Below are positions 27,804 to 36,301 of a DNA stretch of 64,000 bases, one piece after another; the stretch's first letter is position 1; every line of letters starts with the position of its first letter. A program made the position numbers and the translations under genes. The DNA comes from a virus: the IMG/VR virus record IMGVR_UViG_3300030503_000573, positions 9,084 to 73,083 of that record; one strand, given 5' to 3'. The notes below the pieces were generated by a model. That model saw only the letters and a list, made by a program, of their open reading frames with translations, had not been told where the DNA came from and did no database searches.

Positions 27804-28367
27804 ATGACCCGCACCCGCCGCCCCGCTGGCTCCCGTGCCCACCCTGTCACCACCACCCTCGGCTCGGCCTTTGAAGATGGCCGCTCCGATGTCGAGGGCC
27901 TCTACGAGGAGATGAACGACTGGGCCTCCAACATGGAGGGCAACAGCATGGAGCACCTGCCCAAGTACGACGAGGTCACCGAGGCCCGCGACGCGCTGGA
28001 GACAGCCAACGACACCCTCGGCGGCATCGAGCCGCCAGACGCCATCGCTGACCTGGAGGTCCACTTCACGACTGACACGCGCCAGAACGCCCAGAGCCGC
28101 TCGGGCCGTATGGGGAATGTCCTGCAGGCCCTGGGCGCGGCCAAGGACGCCGCCGAGGCCTGGATGGAGGAAAACCCTGAGCTGGAGGTCAGCGAACCAG
28201 ACGAGGAATTCATCGACGGCAACGAACCCCTGGAGGAAGAAGAGAAGGTCACCCAGGAGCAGGTCGAAGAGCGCGAGGCTGCCCGCACCGAGGTCGAAGA
28301 ATTCCTCAACGAGCTGGACAGCGCCATCAGCGAGGCCGAGGGGGTCAGCTTCCCCGGCATGTACTAG
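27804..28367 (+). CDS. Acidic hypothetical early protein
   Basis: CATAAGGAG RBS; very Glu/Asp-rich helical sequence. Confidence 0.65.
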   Translation: MTRTRRPAGSRAHPVTTTLGSAFEDGRSDVEGLYEEMNDWASNMEGNSMEHLPKYDEVTEARDALETANDTLGGIEPPDAIADLEVHFTTDTRQNAQSRSGRMGNVLQALGAAKDAAEAWMEENPELEVSEPDEEFIDGNEPLEEEEKVTQEQVEEREAARTEVEEFLNELDSAISEAEGVSFPGMY

Positions 28368-28401
28368 CCTATCCCACCCACCAGCATAAGGAGACCACCT
28401 C

Positions 28402-29091
28402 ATGACCAACACCACCTACACCACCAAGCGGGCGGCCATAGCCGGCGCGCGCCGCGCCCTCGCCAAGGCGGGCGTCGAGAACGCCCTGAGCCAGGTCCAC
28501 TTCAACGTCCACCTGCGGGAGGACAGCGACGAGTGGTACTGGGCGGCGGTGGACCTGACGCCGGCTGAGCGGAAGGCCCAGGTGACCAAGCCCTCAGGCA
28601 AGTCCTTTCCCGACGCTGACCCTGGTTCGACCAGGGAGCTGGCCGATCAGAAGGCCGCCCGCCAGTCTCGCGCGGCCAAGCAGGCCATCGCCGAGACCAC
28701 GGCCAGGACGCCGCCCACCCCGCCGCCCACCCCGCCGGTCGCTCCGGCCGAGCGCTGGCGCAAGCCCAAGCGCGCCGAGCCGTCGAAGATCGCCTACCGG
28801 CCGCGCTCGGGCTCGCAGCAGCGGGCGGCCTACGAGCTGCTCACCAGCCCGGACTACCCCGAGGGCATCGAGGCCCAGACCTTCTGCGACCTCATGAACC
28901 CGTGGGTCAAGCCTGGCGCGACGCCGTGGACCCCCGCCAACACCTGGGGCTTTCTCAACTACCTGCTCGTCAGCCAGAAGGGCTACGGCCTGAGCTTCGA
29001 CGGCACCCGGTTCCGCCTGCTGGTGCCGAAGGACGAGCGCGACCCGGTCGCGCGCAAGGCCGACCCGCTGCCGCCGATGAAGGCGAAGTGA
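28402..29091 (+). CDS. Hypothetical early protein (basic, possible C-terminal winged helix)
   Basis: CATAAGGAG RBS; Pro-rich linker. Confidence 0.65.
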   Translation: MTNTTYTTKRAAIAGARRALAKAGVENALSQVHFNVHLREDSDEWYWAAVDLTPAERKAQVTKPSGKSFPDADPGSTRELADQKAARQSRAAKQAIAETTARTPPTPPPTPPVAPAERWRKPKRAEPSKIAYRPRSGSQQRAAYELLTSPDYPEGIEAQTFCDLMNPWVKPGATPWTPANTWGFLNYLLVSQKGYGLSFDGTRFRLLVPKDERDPVARKADPLPPMKAK

Positions 29092-29300
29092 TGCGCAAGC
29101 CCACCACCCACCAGAGCTCCGTCATCGAGCTGCTCCGGCTCGGGCATGTCACGCCCGAGCCGCACGCCCCCCGCGCGGCGGTGGCCCACTACGAGGCCAA
29201 CCCGGCGGCGGCCGTGTGGGTGGTCGCCCGTACCCTCAGCGGTGCCAACCTCACCGAGATGTGGCGCGTCCACCCCGACGGCCGCGCGGAGCAGTTCTGA
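29091..29300 (+). CDS. Hypothetical protein
   Basis: 69 aa, coupled by TGATG overlaps. Confidence 0.5.
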   Translation: MRKPTTHQSSVIELLRLGHVTPEPHAPRAAVAHYEANPAAAVWVVARTLSGANLTEMWRVHPDGRAEQF

Positions 29301-30265
29301 TGAGCATCAGCATGAGAGGCTGGACCTACGGGGCCGAGCACGAGTTCGTGGACTGGCCACGGTCGAGGCCGCTCCCTGCGGGGTGCACCGCCCTGACGAA
29401 TGAGTACACCATCGTCAACTCGACCGGGGTGGCGACCGACCCGCACCACGACCCGGCCCGGCGCACCTACGCCTGGGGCCACGAGGTCAACACCCCGCCG
29501 ACCGACGACATCGGGGGCCAGGTCGGCATCATGATGGAGCTGCTGGAGGCGCTGCCCGAGGCCCGCGTCAACTACCGCTCTGAGCTCAACATCCACATCC
29601 GGGTGCCAGGCCTGCGAGACGACCTCGCGGCGCTGAAGCGCCTCGCCGACTACAACGGCCGCCACCTGAGGACCGCCGTCGAGCTGGTCGACCCCATGAG
29701 CCCCCCGGTGCGCTCCCTGGGCATGACCGACGACGAGTGGGAGGGCGCCAAGCGCAACTACGTGGTGCGCCGCAACTTCCAGCACCGGGTGCTGCCGCCC
29801 GACCGCACGGCCCGCCAGCTGGCGGCTGCCACCACCACTGAGTTCTTCGAGGCCGAGGTGCCGAAGGCGAGGGGCAACGGCCGCCCGATGTGGCACGCCC
29901 AGCCCCGGTGCGCGGTAAACCTGCGGCAGCTGCTGCAGACCGACACGGTGGAGTTCCGCCACTGGGCGGGGACGCTGAACGCCGGCTTGTTCCAGAACGC
30001 TGGGCTCTGGTGCATGTTGTACCTGCGAGGAGCCCTCTTCGATCCTGATACTGCGCCAACAGCTCTGTGGAATGGAATGGCGAGCAGCTTGTTAGAATTC
30101 CCACCCCAGCACCCCTACGAGCACTGGAAGGAGCGTCGTTTCCGCGCCACCACCCACGACGGCTCCAACCGCCGTGACGAGATTCTACGCAACATCGCGG
30201 CCATCGAGAGCGGCGAGTTCGACGACCTGCCCGAGTCGGTCGCACCTAGGAGGCTGCCGCTGTGA
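29300..30265 (+). CDS. Putative amidoligase (COOH-NH2 ligase, glutamate-cysteine ligase/GS fold)
   Basis: TYGAEHEF, GHEVNTPP, LNIHIRVP, AVNL, TVEFRHWAGTL motifs. Confidence 0.8.
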   Translation: MSISMRGWTYGAEHEFVDWPRSRPLPAGCTALTNEYTIVNSTGVATDPHHDPARRTYAWGHEVNTPPTDDIGGQVGIMMELLEALPEARVNYRSELNIHIRVPGLRDDLAALKRLADYNGRHLRTAVELVDPMSPPVRSLGMTDDEWEGAKRNYVVRRNFQHRVLPPDRTARQLAAATTTEFFEAEVPKARGNGRPMWHAQPRCAVNLRQLLQTDTVEFRHWAGTLNAGLFQNAGLWCMLYLRGALFDPDTAPTALWNGMASSLLEFPPQHPYEHWKERRFRATTHDGSNRRDEILRNIAAIESGEFDDLPESVAPRRLPL

Positions 30266-31110
30266 CGCGCATCGACGTAGCCGTCATCGGCGGGGGCCTG
30301 TTCGGGCGCACCATCGCGGCCGAGATGTGGGCCCAGGGACGGGAGTGTCAGGTACTCGACGACGCGCGGCCCTGGAGGGGCTCGGCCCCGGCCGCCTGCC
30401 TGATGCGGCCAAGCTGGTTCTCCAAGATGGAGAGGGGCGAGTACGTCGCCTCGATGGACCGGCTGGACCGGCTGTTCGGGGTCAAGAAGGTCAGGTTCGA
30501 GACGCCCGCAGGGCCGGCCGACCTGGACTGGGTGGACCCAGCCGTGGTGATGCGGCCGGACGCCTGTGTCATACCGGCGACGGTCACCGACATCTGGCGC
30601 GGCGAGGGCTACTGGGCGCTCAGCGTCAACACAGGACAGCCGGTCCACGCCCGCTCGGTCGTCGTGGCCACCGGCGTTTGGGTGCCGGAGCTTGTCAGGA
30701 CGCCCCACAACATCACCGCCCTCGGCGGGTGGGCCGTGACCTGGGCATGGCCCTACGAGCGCCAGCAGGGCCCGAGCCGCCTGGAGCCGTGGGCTCCCTA
30801 CAAGCAGCTCATCGGCTTCCAGCGGGGGGCTTGGGAGTGGTGGGCCGGCGACGGCACGGCGCTCCTCCCGGGATCGCTCACGCCAGAACGGCGCGACGCC
30901 TCCGAGAACCGCCTCCTGGCCTTCGGCAAGCGCCTTGGCCTAGCGGGTGTCGCCAGCATCACGGGCGGCCTCCGGCCGAAGGTTCCCGGGCTGCGCGCGC
31001 CGGCCCTCGTCGAGGAGGTCGCGCCCGGCCTGTGGATCGCGACCGGCGGCGCAAAGAACGGAACCCTTGGCGCGGCCTGGGCCTCGCTCCAGCTGAAGGA
31101 CAGGCTCTAG
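30262..31110 (+). CDS. FAD-dependent oxidoreductase/lyase (DAO/glycine oxidase-like)
   Basis: VAVIGGGLFG Rossmann motif, GSAPAAC, VVVATG, GGLRP, ATGGAKNG. Confidence 0.85.
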   Translation: MTRIDVAVIGGGLFGRTIAAEMWAQGRECQVLDDARPWRGSAPAACLMRPSWFSKMERGEYVASMDRLDRLFGVKKVRFETPAGPADLDWVDPAVVMRPDACVIPATVTDIWRGEGYWALSVNTGQPVHARSVVVATGVWVPELVRTPHNITALGGWAVTWAWPYERQQGPSRLEPWAPYKQLIGFQRGAWEWWAGDGTALLPGSLTPERRDASENRLLAFGKRLGLAGVASITGGLRPKVPGLRAPALVEEVAPGLWIATGGAKNGTLGAAWASLQLKDRL

Positions 31111-31476
31111 ATGCGCTTCGTGCTCCGCTCCAAGCTCCACAACGCCACGGTCACCGAGGCGAACCTGCTGTACGTGGGCTCGATCACCATCGACGAGCAC
31201 CTCATGGAGGTCGTCGGCCTGTGGCCCGGCGAGCGCGTGCTGGTGGTCTCCAACACGAGCGGGGCCCGCCTGGAGACCTACGTCATCACCGGCGACCGCT
31301 ACTCCGGGGCGATCTGCATGAACGGGGCCGCCGCCCACCTCATCTCGGCCGGCGAGCAGGTCATCATCATGGGCTTCGAGCTGGCCGAGCGGCCCATCAC
31401 ACCGGCCGTGGCCCTGTGCACGCCTAATAACCAGGTAGCACGCATGCTAAGCGAAATCTCAGGAGAGTTCCTATGA
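31111..31476 (+). CDS. panD: Aspartate 1-decarboxylase (pyruvoyl-dependent)
   Basis: SKLHNATVTEANLLYVG|SITID autocleavage site, GARLETYVI, NGAAAH. Confidence 0.95.
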   Translation: MRFVLRSKLHNATVTEANLLYVGSITIDEHLMEVVGLWPGERVLVVSNTSGARLETYVITGDRYSGAICMNGAAAHLISAGEQVIIMGFELAERPITPAVALCTPNNQVARMLSEISGEFL

Positions 31477-31646
31477 TCCAAGCCCTCGTCATGGCAGTGA
31501 TGCTGTGCGCGCTAGTGGTGGTCACCGCCAAGGTGCTGACCCTGCTGCTGCGCCTCGTGCTGGTGCTCGCCGGCATGGCGGTGCTGGCCGTGCTCGGGGC
31601 AGCCACATTCCTCATCACGCTCGCCGCGTCTGTTGCGAGCGCCTAG
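31473..31646 (+). CDS. Small very hydrophobic membrane protein (57 aa, not in ORF track)
   Basis: MIQALVMAVMLCALVVV...; AGGAG RBS and ATGA overlap with panD. Confidence 0.5.
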   Translation: MIQALVMAVMLCALVVVTAKVLTLLLRLVLVLAGMAVLAVLGAATFLITLAASVASA

Positions 31647-31696
31647 AGACCCGCGCGCGGCGGCTTCCGCGCACAGCAAGAAGGAGGACTACGACT

Positions 31697-31855
31697 ATGG
31701 ACAAGATCATGAGCTACCTGGGCGACGAAGGCGGTGCCAGCGCCGCTGAGTACGCCTTGATCCTGGCGCTGATCGCCCTGGTGATCATCGTCAGCGTCAC
31801 GACCCTCGGCACCAACATCAACGGTGTCTTCTCGCACGCTGCCAAGTCTATCTGA
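31697..31855 (+). CDS. flp: Flp/Tad type IVc prepilin
   Basis: MDKIMSYLGDEGG|ASAAEYALILALIALVIIVSVTTLGTN; prepilin cleavage G and EY Flp motif; AAGGAGG RBS. Confidence 0.9.
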   Translation: MDKIMSYLGDEGGASAAEYALILALIALVIIVSVTTLGTNINGVFSHAAKSI

Positions 31856-31899
31856 CGCGGCGCGGCGGCCCGGGGTGGTGAGCCCCGGGCGACTACCTT

Positions 31900-32460
31900 G
31901 TGAATCATATGGAGTTCTCAGACGTGGCCAGGGCGATGTTCTACGACAGCTATCAGGACGAAGTGAGGGACTGGATGCTCCAGACCTTCCCGCCCGAGGT
32001 CTGCCAGGACCGGGTCGAACGCGCCGACCGCCTGCTGGAGGAGGTCTTCGAGCTGCTCCAGAGCGGAGGCTACGACCCGGCGCGGGTCGCAATGATCCGC
32101 GACTACGTCTGGGGCCGACCGGTCGGCGAGCCGGCGCAGGAGGTGGGTGGTGTCGCTGTGACCCTCGCGGCCTACTGCTGGGTGCACGGCCTTGACTACG
32201 AGGCTGCTGCCAGGGCCGAGGTGGCCCGGGTGTGGACCATGATTGATGTCATCCGCAGGAAGCAGGCGGCCAAGCCCAAGGGGAGCCCGCTGCCGGTCGC
32301 GGTGGACCACCCGGCGGAGGCTCCTGTATCCAGAACAGCTGTCATGATATTTGGACAGCCTAAGCTGTACTATGAGGTCTACGAATGCGATCCTCGTGAT
32401 GGCGCGATGTGGACTGATGAGCGCGTCACGTCATGGTTTAGAGGCGAGCCGCTGCCGTGA
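31900..32460 (+). CDS. MazG-like nucleotide pyrophosphohydrolase
   Basis: YQDEVRDW...RLLEEVFEL...QEVGGVAVTL all-alpha NTP-PPase pattern. Confidence 0.75.
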   Translation: MNHMEFSDVARAMFYDSYQDEVRDWMLQTFPPEVCQDRVERADRLLEEVFELLQSGGYDPARVAMIRDYVWGRPVGEPAQEVGGVAVTLAAYCWVHGLDYEAAARAEVARVWTMIDVIRRKQAAKPKGSPLPVAVDHPAEAPVSRTAVMIFGQPKLYYEVYECDPRDGAMWTDERVTSWFRGEPLP

Positions 32461-32852
32461 CCAGAACCGTCCCCCGCACCTCGCCCCCGCTCGACCTGGA
32501 GCTGGTCGCGCGCACCCTGCGCACCGCCACCTACCGGGCCTGGATGCTGAGCCTGACCAACAACCGCATGGCCGTGCGCTCCTACGAGGAGATGAAGGCC
32601 CCGGAGGTCGGGCAGATGGTCGTCGAGCTGACGACCATCTGGGCGCGTGCGTTCGACCTCAAGGGCGTCGGGGAGCTGGTGCTCGTAGCCCAGGAGAGGA
32701 TCGACCTCGGCGGTGAGCCCTGGGACGAGGTCTTCCAAGGCACCCCGTGCCCGACCGAGCCAGTCTACTACGTCAAGAACCTAGACGGCACCGTGACCCG
32801 CTGGACGAACTGCCAGCTGCTAGCCTGCCCAGCAGACCTGGGGCTAGTCTAG
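32457..32852 (+). CDS. Hypothetical protein
   Basis: 131 aa, GTGA overlap. Confidence 0.5.
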   Translation: MTRTVPRTSPPLDLELVARTLRTATYRAWMLSLTNNRMAVRSYEEMKAPEVGQMVVELTTIWARAFDLKGVGELVLVAQERIDLGGEPWDEVFQGTPCPTEPVYYVKNLDGTVTRWTNCQLLACPADLGLV

Positions 32853-32857
32853 CACCC

Positions 32858-33178
32858 ATGACCCGCCCCATCCACTTCACCCCGGCCGACGTCGAGCGCT
32901 TCCTGAGCTTCGTCGTGCCCGCGCTTGACGGCTGCCACCACTGGGCAGGTGGCACGAGCTGCGGTGGCCACAACACGAGCGAATACGGCTCGTTCTGGGT
33001 GGACGGGCGCGGGGTGCGTGCCCACATCTTCGCCGCCGTCGCGCTGGGCGACGGGCACGCGCCGGGCAACCACGTCGACCACCTGTGCGTGACGTCGCTG
33101 TGCGTCAACCCAGCCCACCTGGAGGACGTGCCCCCGCCGGTGAACCAGGCGCGGAAGCTGGAGCGGCGGAGGCGTTGA
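32858..33178 (+). CDS. HNH endonuclease (Zn-binding loop type)
   Basis: CHHWAG...YGSF...RAH...VDHLCVTSLCVNPAHLE. Confidence 0.85.
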   Translation: MTRPIHFTPADVERFLSFVVPALDGCHHWAGGTSCGGHNTSEYGSFWVDGRGVRAHIFAAVALGDGHAPGNHVDHLCVTSLCVNPAHLEDVPPPVNQARKLERRRR

Positions 33179-33495
33179 TGGCCCACCCCTCCACCCTCAT
33201 GGCCATCGCGGCTGGCGACTACCGCCTGTTCTGGGTGCGGGTTGGCCCGACCTCGGCGCACACCGCGTGCTGCTGCCCGGCCCACGCCCTCGACAAGCTG
33301 GTGATGATCGGCGTGCTGCGCAGCGACGGCCGCCACCCGGCCGAGGGCGGCGAGATTGACGGCCGGTTCGTGCACTGGTTCTTGGCCCACCCAGAAGACC
33401 TCGACCGGCCGATGGGGCAGGGCGAGGTCGACTTCATCCAGGCCGCGTGCGAGAGCGCGGGGCTGAGCAGCATCGTGAGCGAGGCGAGGAACTAG
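33178..33495 (+). CDS. Hypothetical protein
   Basis: 105 aa, GGAGG RBS, directly before the amino acid:DNA transferase. Confidence 0.5.
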   Translation: MAHPSTLMAIAAGDYRLFWVRVGPTSAHTACCCPAHALDKLVMIGVLRSDGRHPAEGGEIDGRFVHWFLAHPEDLDRPMGQGEVDFIQAACESAGLSSIVSEARN

Positions 33496-33497
33496 CA

Positions 33498-34394
33498 ATG
33501 ATGGAAGTCGAAGACTTTGGCCGCCTGCTGATCGAGACCGGCGACCTCGACCCGGTGTACGTGGCGCTGAACCGCATGCGTTGGCCGGGCGGGTTCGCCC
33601 AGAGGGACCGCTGGCTGCAGGCGTACTGGTGCTGCTACCACGTGGGGGCCAGCTGCTGGCTCGCCGAGGTTCCGGACTTCTGGGGCTTCATGCGGCTGGC
33701 CGCCGTCAACGAGCGGCCGTCTCCCCTGGGCGGCCGGTGGCCCAGGGCGGCCGAGCGCCGCCACTGGCGGGGTCAGGCAGCCATAGACAGCGTCAACGAC
33801 CTGGAGCGCCGCTACGGCAACCCGAACGCCCCTGACAAGAGCTGGTCCATGGTGCGGTACTGCGGCTTCGACGTCGAGCGGGAGGACATCCACCAGCCCA
33901 AGGTCCCCCTCGCGCTGATTGAGGCCCGCGTCAAGGAGCACACCGGCTTCGGGCCCTGGATCGCCTTCAAGGTCGCCGACATGCTGGAGCGGTGCTGCGG
34001 GGTGCCGGTCGAGTTCGGCAACGCGCCGATGTTCTACGACAGCCCGAAGAAGGCCGCGCTGGCGCTGTTCAAGATGAGGGCCGGCCTGCCAGCCGCTGCC
34101 AAGGTCAAGGACGAGCTGGGGGCCATCTCCCAGGTCTCAGCCCACCTGCTGCGCACCATAGGCGACCTGGAGGCCCCCGGCGGGGGCCGGGCGTGCGGGC
34201 TGCCCGAGGTCGAGACCGTGCTGTGCAAGTGGGGCTCCCACCTCAGCGGCCACTATCCGCCGGGGAAGGACATCGCCGAGATTTATGAGGGGCTGTCCGA
34301 GTGGGAGACAGTCAGCCCGCTGGCCAGGAAGTTCCTCGCGGCGATGCCTGTTGACCAAGCAAAGCTGCTAGGTGCGGCCCCGGCTGCGGCCTAG
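33498..34394 (+). CDS. Amino acid:DNA transferase, aGPT-Pplase2 clade
   Basis: GDLDPVY, ERRHWRG, GFGPWIAFKVADMLER, EVETVLCKW...HYPPGKD (HhH-glycosylase-like fold). Confidence 0.85.
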   Translation: MMEVEDFGRLLIETGDLDPVYVALNRMRWPGGFAQRDRWLQAYWCCYHVGASCWLAEVPDFWGFMRLAAVNERPSPLGGRWPRAAERRHWRGQAAIDSVNDLERRYGNPNAPDKSWSMVRYCGFDVEREDIHQPKVPLALIEARVKEHTGFGPWIAFKVADMLERCCGVPVEFGNAPMFYDSPKKAALALFKMRAGLPAAAKVKDELGAISQVSAHLLRTIGDLEAPGGGRACGLPEVETVLCKWGSHLSGHYPPGKDIAEIYEGLSEWETVSPLARKFLAAMPVDQAKLLGAAPAAA

Positions 34395-34420
34395 GTTAAC
34401 CACTGACATAAGGAGCTCAC

Positions 34421-35059
34421 ATGGGCTGGGTACTCAACATACGCGGGACCAACGGGTCAGGGAAGAGCCACCTCGTGCGCTCGATGCTGCCGACGCCTGA
34501 GTATAGGCCAAATGTTAACCTAGCCCGCTACGACTCACCGACGAAGCGCTACCCTGACCGCAAGAATGTAGTACCAGGGTATGTACTCAGTGAGCGAGAC
34601 CTCGGACTGTTTGGTGTTGTTGGCTCCTACGAGACCCCGACAGGCGGCCTCGACGGAGTGCCAACATTTGCGGCTCAGATCGCGAGCTGTGCTCAGCTGC
34701 TCAACGACAACGAGTGCTGTACAGTCCTCGCCGAGGGCGTGCTGGCCTCCACGGTCTTCGGAGCCTGGGGCGCGTTCGCCGATGACCTCTCGCGGTTATC
34801 TCGACACCGTATGGCGTTCCTCTACATGAGCACGCCGGTTGACGTATGCCTGATGCGCATCACCGAGCGCCAGATTAAGGCCGGTCGCATCAGGGATATC
34901 AACGAGCAGCTGGTGCGCGACAAGGTGCGGGCCGTCGCCGCGACCCGCGAGCGGGCGCTGGCCGCCGGCCACGCGGTGTTCGACCTGCCGTTCGGGCTGG
35001 AGCGCGTGGCGCTGACTGGCATCATGCGCGGCGACATGGAGAGCTACCGTGGGAACTAG
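34421..35059 (+). CDS. P-loop 5-hmdU DNA kinase paralogue 1
   Basis: NIRGTNGSGKS, VGSY...GGLD, AEG, CLMRITER; CATAAGGAG RBS. Confidence 0.8.
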   Translation: MGWVLNIRGTNGSGKSHLVRSMLPTPEYRPNVNLARYDSPTKRYPDRKNVVPGYVLSERDLGLFGVVGSYETPTGGLDGVPTFAAQIASCAQLLNDNECCTVLAEGVLASTVFGAWGAFADDLSRLSRHRMAFLYMSTPVDVCLMRITERQIKAGRIRDINEQLVRDKVRAVAATRERALAAGHAVFDLPFGLERVALTGIMRGDMESYRGN

Positions 35060-35678
35060 GCTGATAATCAACCTGCGTGGGCCCAACGGGGCCGGCAAGA
35101 CGACGGTGGCCCGGGGGTTCCTGGAGCACAAGACTATCGACCTGGAGCCATACAGATACATCAACTCTGAGGGTCGAAGCAGAAGCTGGCCTATAGCCCA
35201 ATGCAAGGCGCCAGGCCTCCAGCTGCCTATCTACGTGCTTGGACGCTATGATGTCCAGCAGGGCGGCTGTGACACGGAGAAGGACATGGACGCCATAGAG
35301 CGCTGCGTCCAGTGGGCCGTGGACAACCTCACCGATGGTCACATCTTCTTCGAGGGCTTCGTGGTCTCCAAGAGCGGCGGCCGGTGGCTGGAGTTCGCCG
35401 GGCGCAACGAGCGGGCTGGGAAGGGTCGCTACGTCTGGGCCTTCCTGAGGCCCAACCTCAACGAGCTGGAGGCACGCATCAAGGGCCGCAATGGCGGCAA
35501 GGAGGTCAAGCTTCCACTCCTTGACAACACGATGCGCACAGTTGACCTCATTCGCAACAAGGCAAAGGCCCTCGTCACCGACCGCCGGTTCCTGGTGGAC
35601 CTGGACTGGCAGCTCAGCGCGCCCATGGTTACCGAGCAGCTGATCCTACGCTTACAGCAGCTGGAGGCCGTCCGATGA
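35049..35678 (+). CDS. P-loop 5-hmdU DNA kinase paralogue 2
   Basis: INLRGPNGAGKTT, LGRY...GGCD, FFEG, RIKGRNG. Confidence 0.8.
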   Translation: MGTRLIINLRGPNGAGKTTVARGFLEHKTIDLEPYRYINSEGRSRSWPIAQCKAPGLQLPIYVLGRYDVQQGGCDTEKDMDAIERCVQWAVDNLTDGHIFFEGFVVSKSGGRWLEFAGRNERAGKGRYVWAFLRPNLNELEARIKGRNGGKEVKLPLLDNTMRTVDLIRNKAKALVTDRRFLVDLDWQLSAPMVTEQLILRLQQLEAVR

Positions 35679-36301
35679 CTACCCGAGTCATCGTCAACAT
35701 CAGGGGTGCCAACGCCAGCGGCAAGACGACGCTGATGCGCCGCGTGATTGGGTCTGCGCCATACGTAGACCTAGGCCAGTTTCCAGACGCCCAGGGGAAG
35801 ATGGGCTTCGTCCAAGGCCACCAGTTCTCGCTGGAGGGGTTCGAGCTGCCCTTCCTGGTCATCGGCCGGTACGATGCGTCCAAGTACTCGGGGTGCGACA
35901 AGATCAAGAGCGCTGACCAGATCGAGGGGGTGTTGCGCTGGGCCATAGACGGCGGCTTCGCCGGCCACGTCCTCTTCGAGGGCTTCCGGGTCTCCAAGAG
36001 CTGGGCCCGCTTCGCCGCCGTGCGCAACTGGTGCGTGAGCAACCATCATGCCAGCTGGGTGTGGGCCTTCCTGCGCGCCGAGCCCGAGCTGATCTTTGAG
36101 CGCTCGGCCGCCCGGCGCGAGGCCGACGCGAGGCCCATTGACAAGGAGGAGCTCGCGGCAGTGTGCCGGGTGATGGCCTCCACCTGGCGCAAGGCCAAGG
36201 TGGCGATGCCACGAGACTGCCTGGACCTGGACGCCTCGCAGCCGACCGAGGTGCTGTACGCGCAGCTGCTCGGGCGCATCAAGATGCTGGAGTCGGCGTG
36301 A
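35675..36301 (+). CDS. P-loop 5-hmdU DNA kinase paralogue 3
   Basis: NIRGANASGKTT, IGRY...SGCD, LFEG, RSAARR. Confidence 0.8.
   Translation: MTTRVIVNIRGANASGKTTLMRRVIGSAPYVDLGQFPDAQGKMGFVQGHQFSLEGFELPFLVIGRYDASKYSGCDKIKSADQIEGVLRWAIDGGFAGHVLFEGFRVSKSWARFAAVRNWCVSNHHASWVWAFLRAEPELIFERSAARREADARPIDKEELAAVCRVMASTWRKAKVAMPRDCLDLDASQPTEVLYAQLLGRIKMLESA

Noticed and set aside
28711-28737. 12-bp tandem repeat CCGCCCACCCCG
   Set aside because: Simply encodes a PPTPPPTPP linker; no evidence of a separate function.
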